Assembly (NCBI GenBank): GCA_964514965.1
Contig: CAZETV010000001.1
Span: 240,001 to 272,000 of the forward strand
Direction: 5' to 3'
DNA from: Candidatus Hadarchaeota archaeon
Lineage (GTDB): Archaea; Hadarchaeota; Hadarchaeia; Hadarchaeales; Hadarchaeaceae
Length of the DNA stretch: 32,000 bases
A program made the translations under genes and the position numbers. The notes below the pieces were generated by a model. That model had not been told where the DNA came from. It worked only from the letters and a program-made list of their open reading frames with translations, and did no database searches. Of this stretch, positions 1-7,186 are shown piece by piece; position 1 is the first letter of the stretch, and every line of letters begins with the position of its first letter.

Positions 1-187
1 GGCTCCATATCTGACGACTTGAAGCCCTCACTCTACAGAAGTTGTGGCCGCCTCGGATGAGAGAGGGATAGTCACTTATGACGAAAGCGTAAAGGCCGAG
101 GCGGTTGAAAGCCTTGCCTAAGAGCTCTGCTGTCCGCATCACCCCGTCTCCAGCCTCTCCGCCAATGAGAAAAGAAATATCCTGCAT
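1..187 (-). CDS. 2-oxoacid:ferredoxin oxidoreductase, KorA/PorG-like gamma-alpha subunit, N-terminal part, truncated by the left window edge
   Basis: Manual minus-strand translation from ATG at 187-185, after an in-frame TAA: MQDISFLIGGEAGDGVMRTAELLGKAFNRLGLYAFVISDYPSLIRGGHNFCRVRASSRQIWS. GGEAGDG and YPSLIRGGHN are typical of this family. Not in the supplied ORF track because it is open at the edge. Confidence 0.85.
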   Translation of the reverse strand, partial: MQDISFLIGGEAGDGVMRTAELLGKAFNRLGLYAFVISDYPSLIRGGHNFCRVRASSRQIWS

Positions 188-373
188 TCCAGCCCTTTCA
201 AAAGCTTCGTTTTATCCCAAAGGCCTGTTTAAGTGTTTGTATCGCCGTACTTTCGAAAGAACCCGTCAAAACTTCAGGTTTAAATTCTACTTCGCTTGGA
301 AAGAGTGGCCCTGCGATAAATATCCCCATAGTTTCTACAATATACTATTAATCCTCAAAAGATAAAATTATTA

Positions 374-672
374 CGCCGGTGAGCTGGTGGGCGACTTCCG
401 GGCGAAAGCCTGAGGAAACTCCGTCCATCAAGCAGGCCCGCGAACCCAAAAGGGTACGGTCGAGAGATCGGGAAGATGGAACAGAAACGACACCTCCCGA
501 CTCGCGCAAGGATGCGGTGACGCTGAGGTCGAGTCGACGGGGATGAAACGGCCATCACGCGGGATGCAAGGGCAAATTACCGCCGATGAACGCCTACTGG
601 AGGTGGGTGGTAGCCCGCTAAGCTAAATGTCGCCTTAAAACAGAAGACGGGTTACATCCAGCACGCCGGCTT
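374..672 (+). ncRNA. rnpB: RNase P RNA, archaeal type A-like
   Basis: Terminal P1 pairing (gccggtgagctgg at ~375 with ccagcacgccggc ending ~671). Conserved GAGGAAACTCCGTCCA, AACAGAAACGACACC, GGGCAAATTACCGCCGATGAACG and ACAGAAGACGGGTTACA segments in the expected order. Confidence 0.93.
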
Positions 673-740
673 TGGTTATCTAACAAGATTGTCGGCTAAC
701 AATTAAATATTATGAAAACTAACAACTAAGTGGGTAAAAA

Positions 741-1049
741 ATGTTATCGACAATACCCATAAATCTTGAGAAAGTAAAAAAAGAAGACTTGAATAAAGAA
801 ATTCTAAGAATCGGGATAATAGCAGAATTGGACGCCGTAAATCTCTACGAACAAATGGCGGCCATGACCGAAAATGAAAATATTAAGAAAATTCTTTTAG
901 ACATAACAAAAGAAGAAAAAACACATGTTGGAGAATTTCAAACTTTGTTGTTGAAAGAAGACAAAGAGCAAGAAAAAGAATTGGAAGAAGGCAAAAAAGA
1001 AGTTAATGAATTAGTGGGTAAAACAAGCCCATTGCAGCAAAAAACATGA
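741..1049 (+). CDS. Encapsulin-type ferritin-like (EncFtn-like) small protein, stand-alone
   Basis: EILRIGIIAELDAVNLYEQMA...ILLDITKEEKTHVGEFQTLLL: ferritin-like E and ExxH ligands. Closely resembles the N-terminal ferritin domain fused to the encapsulin shell protein in Pyrococcus/Thermococcus. Confidence 0.8.
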   Translation: MLSTIPINLEKVKKEDLNKEILRIGIIAELDAVNLYEQMAAMTENENIKKILLDITKEEKTHVGEFQTLLLKEDKEQEKELEEGKKEVNELVGKTSPLQQKT

Positions 1050-1074
1050 TTGAAGCTAGGAATTTGATGATCGC

Positions 1075-1590
1075 ATGGTAAAATTGTGGAGATGCGAGAT
1101 TTGTGGTGACCCCTACATAGGGGAGAGTCCGCCAAATAACTGCCCTTTTTGTGGGGCACATATAAAATACATGAAAGAGGTGAAAGAAGCCAAAGTTAAT
1201 TTTGATGTTGAACTGAATGATAAAGATAAAGCGAATGCTGAGCGCGCTTTACAGGTAGAAGTGAGCAACGCTGCGTTTTATTTCTGCGCTGCCGAAAAAA
1301 CAGACGACGAAGGAAAATTATTGTTCAAGGCTTTAGGAAAAGTAGAAGCAGAACATGCCAGTGTCTGGAAGAAAATATTAAAGCTTGAAAAAGTACCTCA
1401 GGCGAGTGAGCAATGTCACGTAAGCAATAAAGAAAATTTAGAAGAATCCCATGCGAGAGAAACAAGAGCCATTGAATTTTATGAAAAGGCAGCTGCAGAT
1501 TCTGAGAATGAGAGAGTAAAACAGATATTTGAAGCGTTTGTCGAAGTGGAAAAATATCATTTAAAACTTTCAGAAGAAAGGCTAGAATAA
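1075..1590 (+). CDS. Rubrerythrin with N-terminal rubredoxin-like domain (reverse rubrerythrin)
   Basis: CEICGDPYIGESPPNNCPFCG at the N-terminus, then a ferritin-like domain with EAEH and EVEKYH diiron ligand motifs. Confidence 0.85.
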   Translation: MVKLWRCEICGDPYIGESPPNNCPFCGAHIKYMKEVKEAKVNFDVELNDKDKANAERALQVEVSNAAFYFCAAEKTDDEGKLLFKALGKVEAEHASVWKKILKLEKVPQASEQCHVSNKENLEESHARETRAIEFYEKAAADSENERVKQIFEAFVEVEKYHLKLSEERLE

Positions 1591-1624
1591 TCACGCTCAA
1601 GGCGAGAAAAAAAGGAGGTGAAAC

Positions 1625-2002
1625 ATGGCAGGACTAAAACGGATTTACAAATGCAATGTTTGCGGAAATATAGTCGAAGTTTTGCACGCAGGAGTAGGAG
1701 AGCTTGTTTGTTGCGGACAGCCGATGGAATTACTTAAAGGGAAGACTAAGGATGTTGGTCTAGAGAAACATGTCCCTGTTATAGAAAAAACAGATGCGGG
1801 AATAAAAGTAAAAATCGGTTCAGTTCCCCACCCAATGGAAGAAAACCACCACATAGAATGGGTGGAGATAATCGCCGATGGTGAGGTTTTCAGAAAATTC
1901 TTGAAACCAAGCGATAAACCAGAAGCAGAATTCGAAATAAAAACAGAAATGATTGAAGCAAGAGAATACTGCAATATCCACGGTTTGTGGAAGTCCGGAT
2001 AG
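1625..2002 (+). CDS. dfx: Desulfoferrodoxin (superoxide reductase with desulforedoxin domain)
   Basis: [41 protein letters not shown] and [10 protein letters not shown] motifs. Strong Shine-Dalgarno (ggaggtga) at ~1614. Confidence 0.95.
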   Translation: MAGLKRIYKCNVCGNIVEVLHAGVGELVCCGQPMELLKGKTKDVGLEKHVPVIEKTDAGIKVKIGSVPHPMEENHHIEWVEIIADGEVFRKFLKPSDKPEAEFEIKTEMIEAREYCNIHGLWKSG

Positions 2003-2115
2003 AATTTTGGGTCTCGCTCAGTATTTGACTGGCGATTTGATAAGCAATGACTCAAATCTCCACTATCGAGAATCGGCGCAAGCAGTCAAGTCCAGAAAAC
2101 GATATAATCGGGAGG

Positions 2116-2207
2116 CGGGCCCGGAGGGATTCGAACCCTCGATCTACAGCTTAGGACGCTTGCGGGTGTTTCCACTTGCCGCCCTATCCAGACTAGGCCA
2201 CGGGCCC
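2116..2207 (-). tRNA. tRNA-Arg (anticodon CCT at 2155-2153), predicted 17-nt intron at position 29/30 (2176-2160)
   Basis: Acceptor GGGCCCG/CGGGCCC with discriminator G. D arm GCCTAGTCTGGATAGGGC. TpsiC arm GAGGG-TTCGAAT-CCCTC. After removing AGTGGAAACACCCGCAA the anticodon arm is GCAGC-GTCCTAA-GCTGT. CCA is not encoded. Confidence 0.88.
2160..2176 (-). other. Predicted tRNA intron with bulge-helix-bulge motif
   Basis: On the tRNA strand: GCGG (helix), CA^A (3-nt bulge), GTG-GAAA-CAC (intron hairpin), CCGC (helix), AA^G (3-nt bulge). Cuts give a cloverleaf-compatible anticodon arm. Confidence 0.75.
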
Positions 2208-2244
2208 ATGTAAAATTGGGAGATAGAACTTATGACAGTTACCC

Positions 2245-2586
2245 TTGCCCAAACTCCAAGACGAAAGTTATTTAAAAAGCACTATCCCATCAACTTTAGA
2301 TATTAGAGGTGGTTATGTGAATACTTCAAGGGTGATTGGAGCTCTACTTTGCGTTGTATGCGTTATAATCGCGGCATTATACATTTACTTCCCCTTCGTG
2401 GTGGGATACGGAGCGGCCCCACTGTGGTTAGTATTACCGGTAATCATCGGCATATTCATCCTTGCTGGCCTAGGCTTCTGGCTGGGGTGGATTATGTTTA
2501 ACACTAAAGAGGTCTCTTCGCCGCCCCCAGCGCCGAGCGTGGTAGAGTCTGAAATCGAGAGAGAACCCGCATCTAAGAAAAAATAG
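2245..2586 (+). CDS. Small membrane protein with two predicted TM helices, function unknown
   Basis: Hydrophobic stretches VIGALLCVVCVIIAALYIYF and LWLVLPVIIGIFILAGLGFWLGWIMF, charged C-terminal tail. TTG start uncertain. Confidence 0.5.
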   Translation: MPKLQDESYLKSTIPSTLDIRGGYVNTSRVIGALLCVVCVIIAALYIYFPFVVGYGAAPLWLVLPVIIGIFILAGLGFWLGWIMFNTKEVSSPPPAPSVVESEIEREPASKKK

Positions 2587-2638
2587 CGGCCTCAACGATG
2601 ATTTTTAAGGTTGACCTGACCTTATTTTAGCGGGTGCA

Positions 2639-4870
2639 TTGTTGAACTACAAGCGATGGTTGCTCGTCGGCTACCTGATAGCGCTGATGACTTTCACGAC
2701 TTCAGTGCTCTTAATCCCTGGCGAGAAGTACGACACGCTGACCACCTCGGACAGCGGATGGTTTTACGATATCGCCACTGGAATAAATCAAACAAATGCT
2801 TTAGTAGAGAACAACACCCTTTCTCACGCACCTTATGGGCTAAATGTTGGCCTCGCGGAGCAAGCCCAACCTTTGATAACGGTAATGCTCTACAGAGGTG
2901 TCAACGCCATCAATCCTAGCGTCACTTTGATGGACACCGTCAAGTACTGGGCCCCATTGCTCTTCGCTCTCTCGCTCATCCCGATTTTCCTAATTGGCAA
3001 GGAGTTGGGAGGCGATGTCGGGGGTTGCGCTGCGGCGTTCTTCGGAGCCACTTTAGCATCATCAATTTATTGGATGAAGGTCGGAGCGTATGACCGGGAA
3101 GCCATCCAGTTGATCTTGGGCGCATGGACAATTTATCTCACCATAAAGCTATTCAAAGCCCCCCGAAGCGAAATGCCCAAGTTTGCACTTTTGGCTGGGC
3201 TGGTGTACGGAATTTTCGGGCTGGCATGGAGCGGGTCGCTTTTCATTGCTCCCATCGTGATCGGTGGATTATTGTTCGTTTTGTTAGTCGGATTTCTTGG
3301 GGGATTGATTCATAAAAGCACTGATTTATCTGGCGCCTTTTTTTCAGCCATCCGAAGGAATTTGAGTCTGATAGCTGGCGTGTTGGGAATGTTAGCGGTG
3401 ATGACTCTCGCCCTCTGGGTAATCGGTGGCCAAAGCCCAATGGTATGGGCAAACTTCGCCCAATCTCTTCTAGGATATGTCGGGATGGGTGGTGGAGGAG
3501 AGATTACATTTACTAGGTATGCAGGAGAGATGAGTGCGCCAGGATCGTGGGGCGACACACTCAATAAATTTTACGGCACGAATATATTGACTCCATTTAT
3601 TCTCATTTTAATCGCTTTAGCATTGCTCAAGTTCTGTTGGTCGAGAAAGCGCTGGGAAATGTTAGCCTTTCCCTGGCTCATCGTTATCGCTGCAATGGTC
3701 TGGCCAGAGCAGGGTCAGGCGCGTTTCGAACGGATGTGGTGGCCCTTTGTAGCTGCCTTGGCGGGCGTGGGCGTGGCGGCACTCGTTTCACTTGTTCGGC
3801 GAGTCTCATTCGAGCAGTCCGGAGAATGGTTGAAGCATTTTCAGGTACCACTCGTGGTTGCACTTTGCACCAGCATCGCTGTCACACCATTCGTTTTTAA
3901 TGCGTATACCGTTGCCGAGCAAACTACACCCCCAACCGAATGGCAAGGTGTCAAGGGGTTGGACAAAGGGTTCATGGAGGCTTTCGATTGGCTTCGAGAA
4001 AATACTCCGGAAAATTCTGTCGTTTCTATCCAATGGTCATTTGGGCATCTACTAACAGGCACATCTCAACGAGCAACAGTGTGTGATGGTGCAGAGGTTA
4101 TGGGTGAAAAAGGCAAATGGGAGAACGATCCATCTTTTGTTCCCCGTCCACCCGATTACATCTACTATGTGCGCGACACTAGTGGTATTATCTATGGTGT
4201 GAATGTGCCTGCCATACGATACCAAGTTAACGGCAGGCGAATCGAGGTCCAACGCTTCCCAATGATGGATGAAAATGAGTTTCGTTGGATTATCAGCACC
4301 TATCGCGAGAATTACAATGTTAAAATTGATTACATAGTTTTCAGCCGCGACGAATATTATTATGCGCAACAAAGTTACCAGCAGCTTTATCAAGATGAGG
4401 TTACGAACGCGCTTTGGGGAGCTGAAACCAAAGCATTAACCAACTCGTGGCGATCTGAGAACAACGCCATCATATTCGATTTTGGCGAAAATAGGGAAAA
4501 TGTCGTGCTTGACATGAACGCGTGGAATGCTTACTTAAAGATCGATGAAAATATTAGATATCTCGATGGGTACGCTGTCTTTGTTGTCGATGAACAAGGC
4601 AACCTCGTAGACTCATATGGCTTTCAACCTTATCCATATTCAGACATTCAAGAAACTTTATTGATTAACATTAACGAAAATGGAAATGTGAGTGGCGCGC
4701 GTCTGATTTCCTCAGCCACTGAATTGATTGACTCGATTGAGGTCCCCCCCCTAATGGGTGTGAGGGTATTCGAAGGGGATATAGAAAACATCGATTATCT
4801 AAAAGTCGTTTTCACGAGTTCTAATAATCTGGTGAAAATTTTAAAAGTTATTTATGAAAATATGCCGTGA
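2639..4870 (+). CDS. STT3/AglB-like oligosaccharyl transferase family membrane protein (divergent catalytic motif)
   Basis: Multi-TM N-terminal half, then FDWLRENTPENSVVSIQWSFGHLLTGTSQRATVCDGAE, aligning with the DWLRENTP...WWDYG...R.T..DG region of STT3. Similar length and architecture. Confidence 0.82.
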   Translation: MLNYKRWLLVGYLIALMTFTTSVLLIPGEKYDTLTTSDSGWFYDIATGINQTNALVENNTLSHAPYGLNVGLAEQAQPLITVMLYRGVNAINPSVTLMDTVKYWAPLLFALSLIPIFLIGKELGGDVGGCAAAFFGATLASSIYWMKVGAYDREAIQLILGAWTIYLTIKLFKAPRSEMPKFALLAGLVYGIFGLAWSGSLFIAPIVIGGLLFVLLVGFLGGLIHKSTDLSGAFFSAIRRNLSLIAGVLGMLAVMTLALWVIGGQSPMVWANFAQSLLGYVGMGGGGEITFTRYAGEMSAPGSWGDTLNKFYGTNILTPFILILIALALLKFCWSRKRWEMLAFPWLIVIAAMVWPEQGQARFERMWWPFVAALAGVGVAALVSLVRRVSFEQSGEWLKHFQVPLVVALCTSIAVTPFVFNAYTVAEQTTPPTEWQGVKGLDKGFMEAFDWLRENTPENSVVSIQWSFGHLLTGTSQRATVCDGAEVMGEKGKWENDPSFVPRPPDYIYYVRDTSGIIYGVNVPAIRYQVNGRRIEVQRFPMMDENEFRWIISTYRENYNVKIDYIVFSRDEYYYAQQSYQQLYQDEVTNALWGAETKALTNSWRSENNAIIFDFGENRENVVLDMNAWNAYLKIDENIRYLDGYAVFVVDEQGNLVDSYGFQPYPYSDIQETLLININENGNVSGARLISSATELIDSIEVPPLMGVRVFEGDIENIDYLKVVFTSSNNLVKILKVIYENMP

Positions 4871-6159
4871 TGCCCATGCAAAAACCGAAAGGAACGCGCG
4901 ATTTGCTGGGTAAAGAACTGTCGAGCATCCGTCACGTCACCCACGTAATGAACAACACTTTCAAGCGCTACGGCTACGAAGAAATCGAAACTCCAACTTT
5001 TGAGTACCTTGAGCTATTTGAGAAGAAGAGCGGCGAAGTAGTGGTCAAACAACTTTACTCTTTTAAGGACAAATCGGGCCGTGCACTTGCCCTCCGTCCG
5101 GAGTTAACCGTGCCCGCCATCAGGCTTTATCTTACTCACCTAAAATCGGCACCCCAACCCGTGAAACTATGTTATTTTGGGGACTGCTTTCGGTACGAGG
5201 AGCCTCAGGCGCAGCGATGGAGGCAATTTTTTCAATCAGGAGTAGAGGTTATCGGCTCGCCCCAACCTGAAGCGGATGCCGAAGTAGTAGCACTTTCTGA
5301 CGATATAATGCAAGAACTTGGATTGACGGGTTATGAACTCCGCATCGGCCACATCCGTTTGCTCCGAGAGGTGCTTGCCCATGCTGGAGTGAGGGGTGAT
5401 GCACAAGACTCCATTATGAGAGCAATTGACCGACACGACGAAGCAAGACTTGAGGAGGAGCTTAGCCGAATGCAAGTAAAAGCTAAGGACAAAGAGCTCC
5501 TCATATCTTTGATTGCGTTACATGGCAGCACGAAAGTGTTAAAACAGGCAGAGAAACTTGTTGCGAGTTTACCAAACGCCAAAATAGCTTTGAATAACCT
5601 ACATGAAATCCTTGAGCACGTTCGCTCGTTTGGAGTCGAGAAATTTACAATAGATTTCGGGATCGCCCGCGGACTTGAGTACTACACAGACTTCGTGTTC
5701 GAGATTTATGTCGATGGAGTTCAAGTTGCAGGAGGCGGCCGTTACGACGAACTCATCGAGCTTTTGGGAGGTGATCACTGCCCGGCCATCGGTGTCGGGT
5801 TCGGTGTCGACCGCATTGCTCGAACCCTTCTAAAGCGTGGGATGATAGTTTCGTGTGAGCGATTGGATTGCGTTGTTCTACCCACGAGCGAGGAGATGCT
5901 CAGTGAATGTTTGAAAATAGTTGGGGAGCTGCGCAGAGCCGGCCTACGAGTTGATGTCGACCTGATGAGACGGCGGTTGTCCAAGGCCATAGCGTATGCT
6001 AACGCTTGCGGCGCCACATATTCAATCATAGTCGGTGCTAAAGACTTGGCAGCTGGTAAGGTTACCCTTCGAGAAATGCATACTGGCAATCAAGTGCAAG
6101 TGCCGCGGCAGGAACTAGTTGCTAGGTTGAAATCAGTAAATCCCAATTCGAAAAAATAA
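4867..6159 (+). CDS. hisS: Histidyl-tRNA synthetase
   Basis: KPKGTRDLLG, YEEIETPTFEYLELF, ALRPELTVPAIRLY, FRYEEPQAQRWRQFFQSGVEVIG, GLEYYTDFVFEIY, AGGGRYDELIELLGG, PAIGVGFGVDR. Start overlaps the previous stop. Confidence 0.97.
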   Translation: MMPMQKPKGTRDLLGKELSSIRHVTHVMNNTFKRYGYEEIETPTFEYLELFEKKSGEVVVKQLYSFKDKSGRALALRPELTVPAIRLYLTHLKSAPQPVKLCYFGDCFRYEEPQAQRWRQFFQSGVEVIGSPQPEADAEVVALSDDIMQELGLTGYELRIGHIRLLREVLAHAGVRGDAQDSIMRAIDRHDEARLEEELSRMQVKAKDKELLISLIALHGSTKVLKQAEKLVASLPNAKIALNNLHEILEHVRSFGVEKFTIDFGIARGLEYYTDFVFEIYVDGVQVAGGGRYDELIELLGGDHCPAIGVGFGVDRIARTLLKRGMIVSCERLDCVVLPTSEEMLSECLKIVGELRRAGLRVDVDLMRRRLSKAIAYANACGATYSIIVGAKDLAAGKVTLREMHTGNQVQVPRQELVARLKSVNPNSKK

Positions 6160-6165
6160 CCTTTT

Positions 6166-6348
6166 TCATTCCTTGCTCTCTTTTGCCTGCTCTCTAATCT
6201 TTTTGTATATCTTTTCCGAAATTAGCCCCGCGTTTACTGCGTCCCGCCAGCACTGAAAGCAACGAGCCCGAGTTGTCAACCCGCTAACTGAATAGAGCCA
6301 TACCGTCCGCCCGCAAACGACACACTGGCCCCATTCCGCTTGAATCAT
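6166..6348 (-). CDS. Small zinc-finger-like protein (two CxxC motifs)
   Basis: GQCVVCGRTVWLYSV...RCFQCWRDA, 60 aa; fills the space downstream of hisS in convergent orientation. Confidence 0.55.
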   Translation of the reverse strand: MIQAEWGQCVVCGRTVWLYSVSGLTTRARCFQCWRDAVNAGLISEKIYKKIREQAKESKE

Positions 6349-6485
6349 TCAAGTCACATTCTCCAACCGCTCGCGCAGTATGCATACATGTAACCGCCAC
6401 GAATCAACTTAATTCTCTGTTTCTTCCTTTTTTCTCTTATCTCACCTATTATTTTTGCATTATCGATTTTTCCTCACGCCAGTAT

Positions 6486-7031
6486 CTACCACCATTTCTT
6501 GGTCAGAGACATAGCTACAACTTCACGTATTTCTAACCTTTTTCTGATATCTTTTCCTAATATATCTTCGGGAAGTGCAGCCTTCACAATTAACGCCGTA
6601 TCGGCTCCTTTGCCAGTCCCACCAACTCCAATCACGTCCTCGCCAGCTTTCACAGCTCCCTCAGACGCGGCCATGATTACAACTTCTATGGCGACTTTGA
6701 AACCCTGCCCCAATGTGTAATAAGTGTTTTTCATGCGACCCAAATTTTTTGCCCGAAAAGCTGGAATGCAATTTTCATAAATGACAGCGCCCATTTTTTC
6801 AAGAGCGGCTCGAATATCCTTCGCCACAGTCTCCATTGAAATAACGACGAGTTTGGCCTTGCCATCGATTCTCTTGCCAATCTTCAACGCCGTCTCACCT
6901 GAATCGCTGGCAACCACCACAGTGTTTATTCCTGTTTCCTCCAGTCTTTTCGATAAAACCTCCACAACATCTTTGGTATTATCTGGCCCGGGTTTCTCGA
7001 AATAATAATCACTCCTAACAATTCGTCCCAA
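6486..7031 (-). CDS. Stand-alone pyruvate kinase alpha/beta (C-terminal) domain protein
   Basis: NTVVVASDSGETALKIGKRI, KLVVISMET, GVGGTGKGADTALIVKAA; matches the small archaeal proteins carrying only the PK C-terminal fold. Confidence 0.75.
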   Translation of the reverse strand: MGRIVRSDYYFEKPGPDNTKDVVEVLSKRLEETGINTVVVASDSGETALKIGKRIDGKAKLVVISMETVAKDIRAALEKMGAVIYENCIPAFRAKNLGRMKNTYYTLGQGFKVAIEVVIMAASEGAVKAGEDVIGVGGTGKGADTALIVKAALPEDILGKDIRKRLEIREVVAMSLTKKWW

Positions 7032-7186
7032 TTACATCACCTTACAAAATAATTGCTTTGAACAATAAATATGAGTTATCTCTCATCAACGAAAGATATC
7101 CAAACGTTCGCAATAACTAGAGCTTATACCAGACCCGAAAACTCGTGAAATTGCGAAGGTAGGCAGGAAAAAAATACGGGGGATTT

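Noticed and set aside
105-365. ORF-track protein of 86 aa on the plus strand
   Set aside because: Its first part is antisense to the KorA-like gene and the rest is low-complexity upstream sequence with no family match.
355-558. ORF-track protein of 67 aa on the minus strand
   Set aside because: It lies antisense to conserved RNase P RNA.
2116-2207. Reading the tRNA as intronless or as a long-variable-arm tRNA
   Set aside because: Without removing 17 nt no 5-bp anticodon stem forms, while the D and TpsiC arms and a 5-nt variable loop fit a class I tRNA-Arg.
1953-2213. ORF-track protein of 86 aa on the plus strand
   Set aside because: It overlaps the end of desulfoferrodoxin and runs antisense through the whole tRNA-Arg gene; the peptide is a translation of tRNA sequence.
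6349-6485. Possible tiny ORF (…AKIIGEIREKRKKQRIKLIRGGYMYAYCASGWRM) on the minus strand
   Set aside because: It has no plausible ATG/GTG start with a ribosome-binding site and no recognised family; it may just be leader sequence of the 6166 gene.
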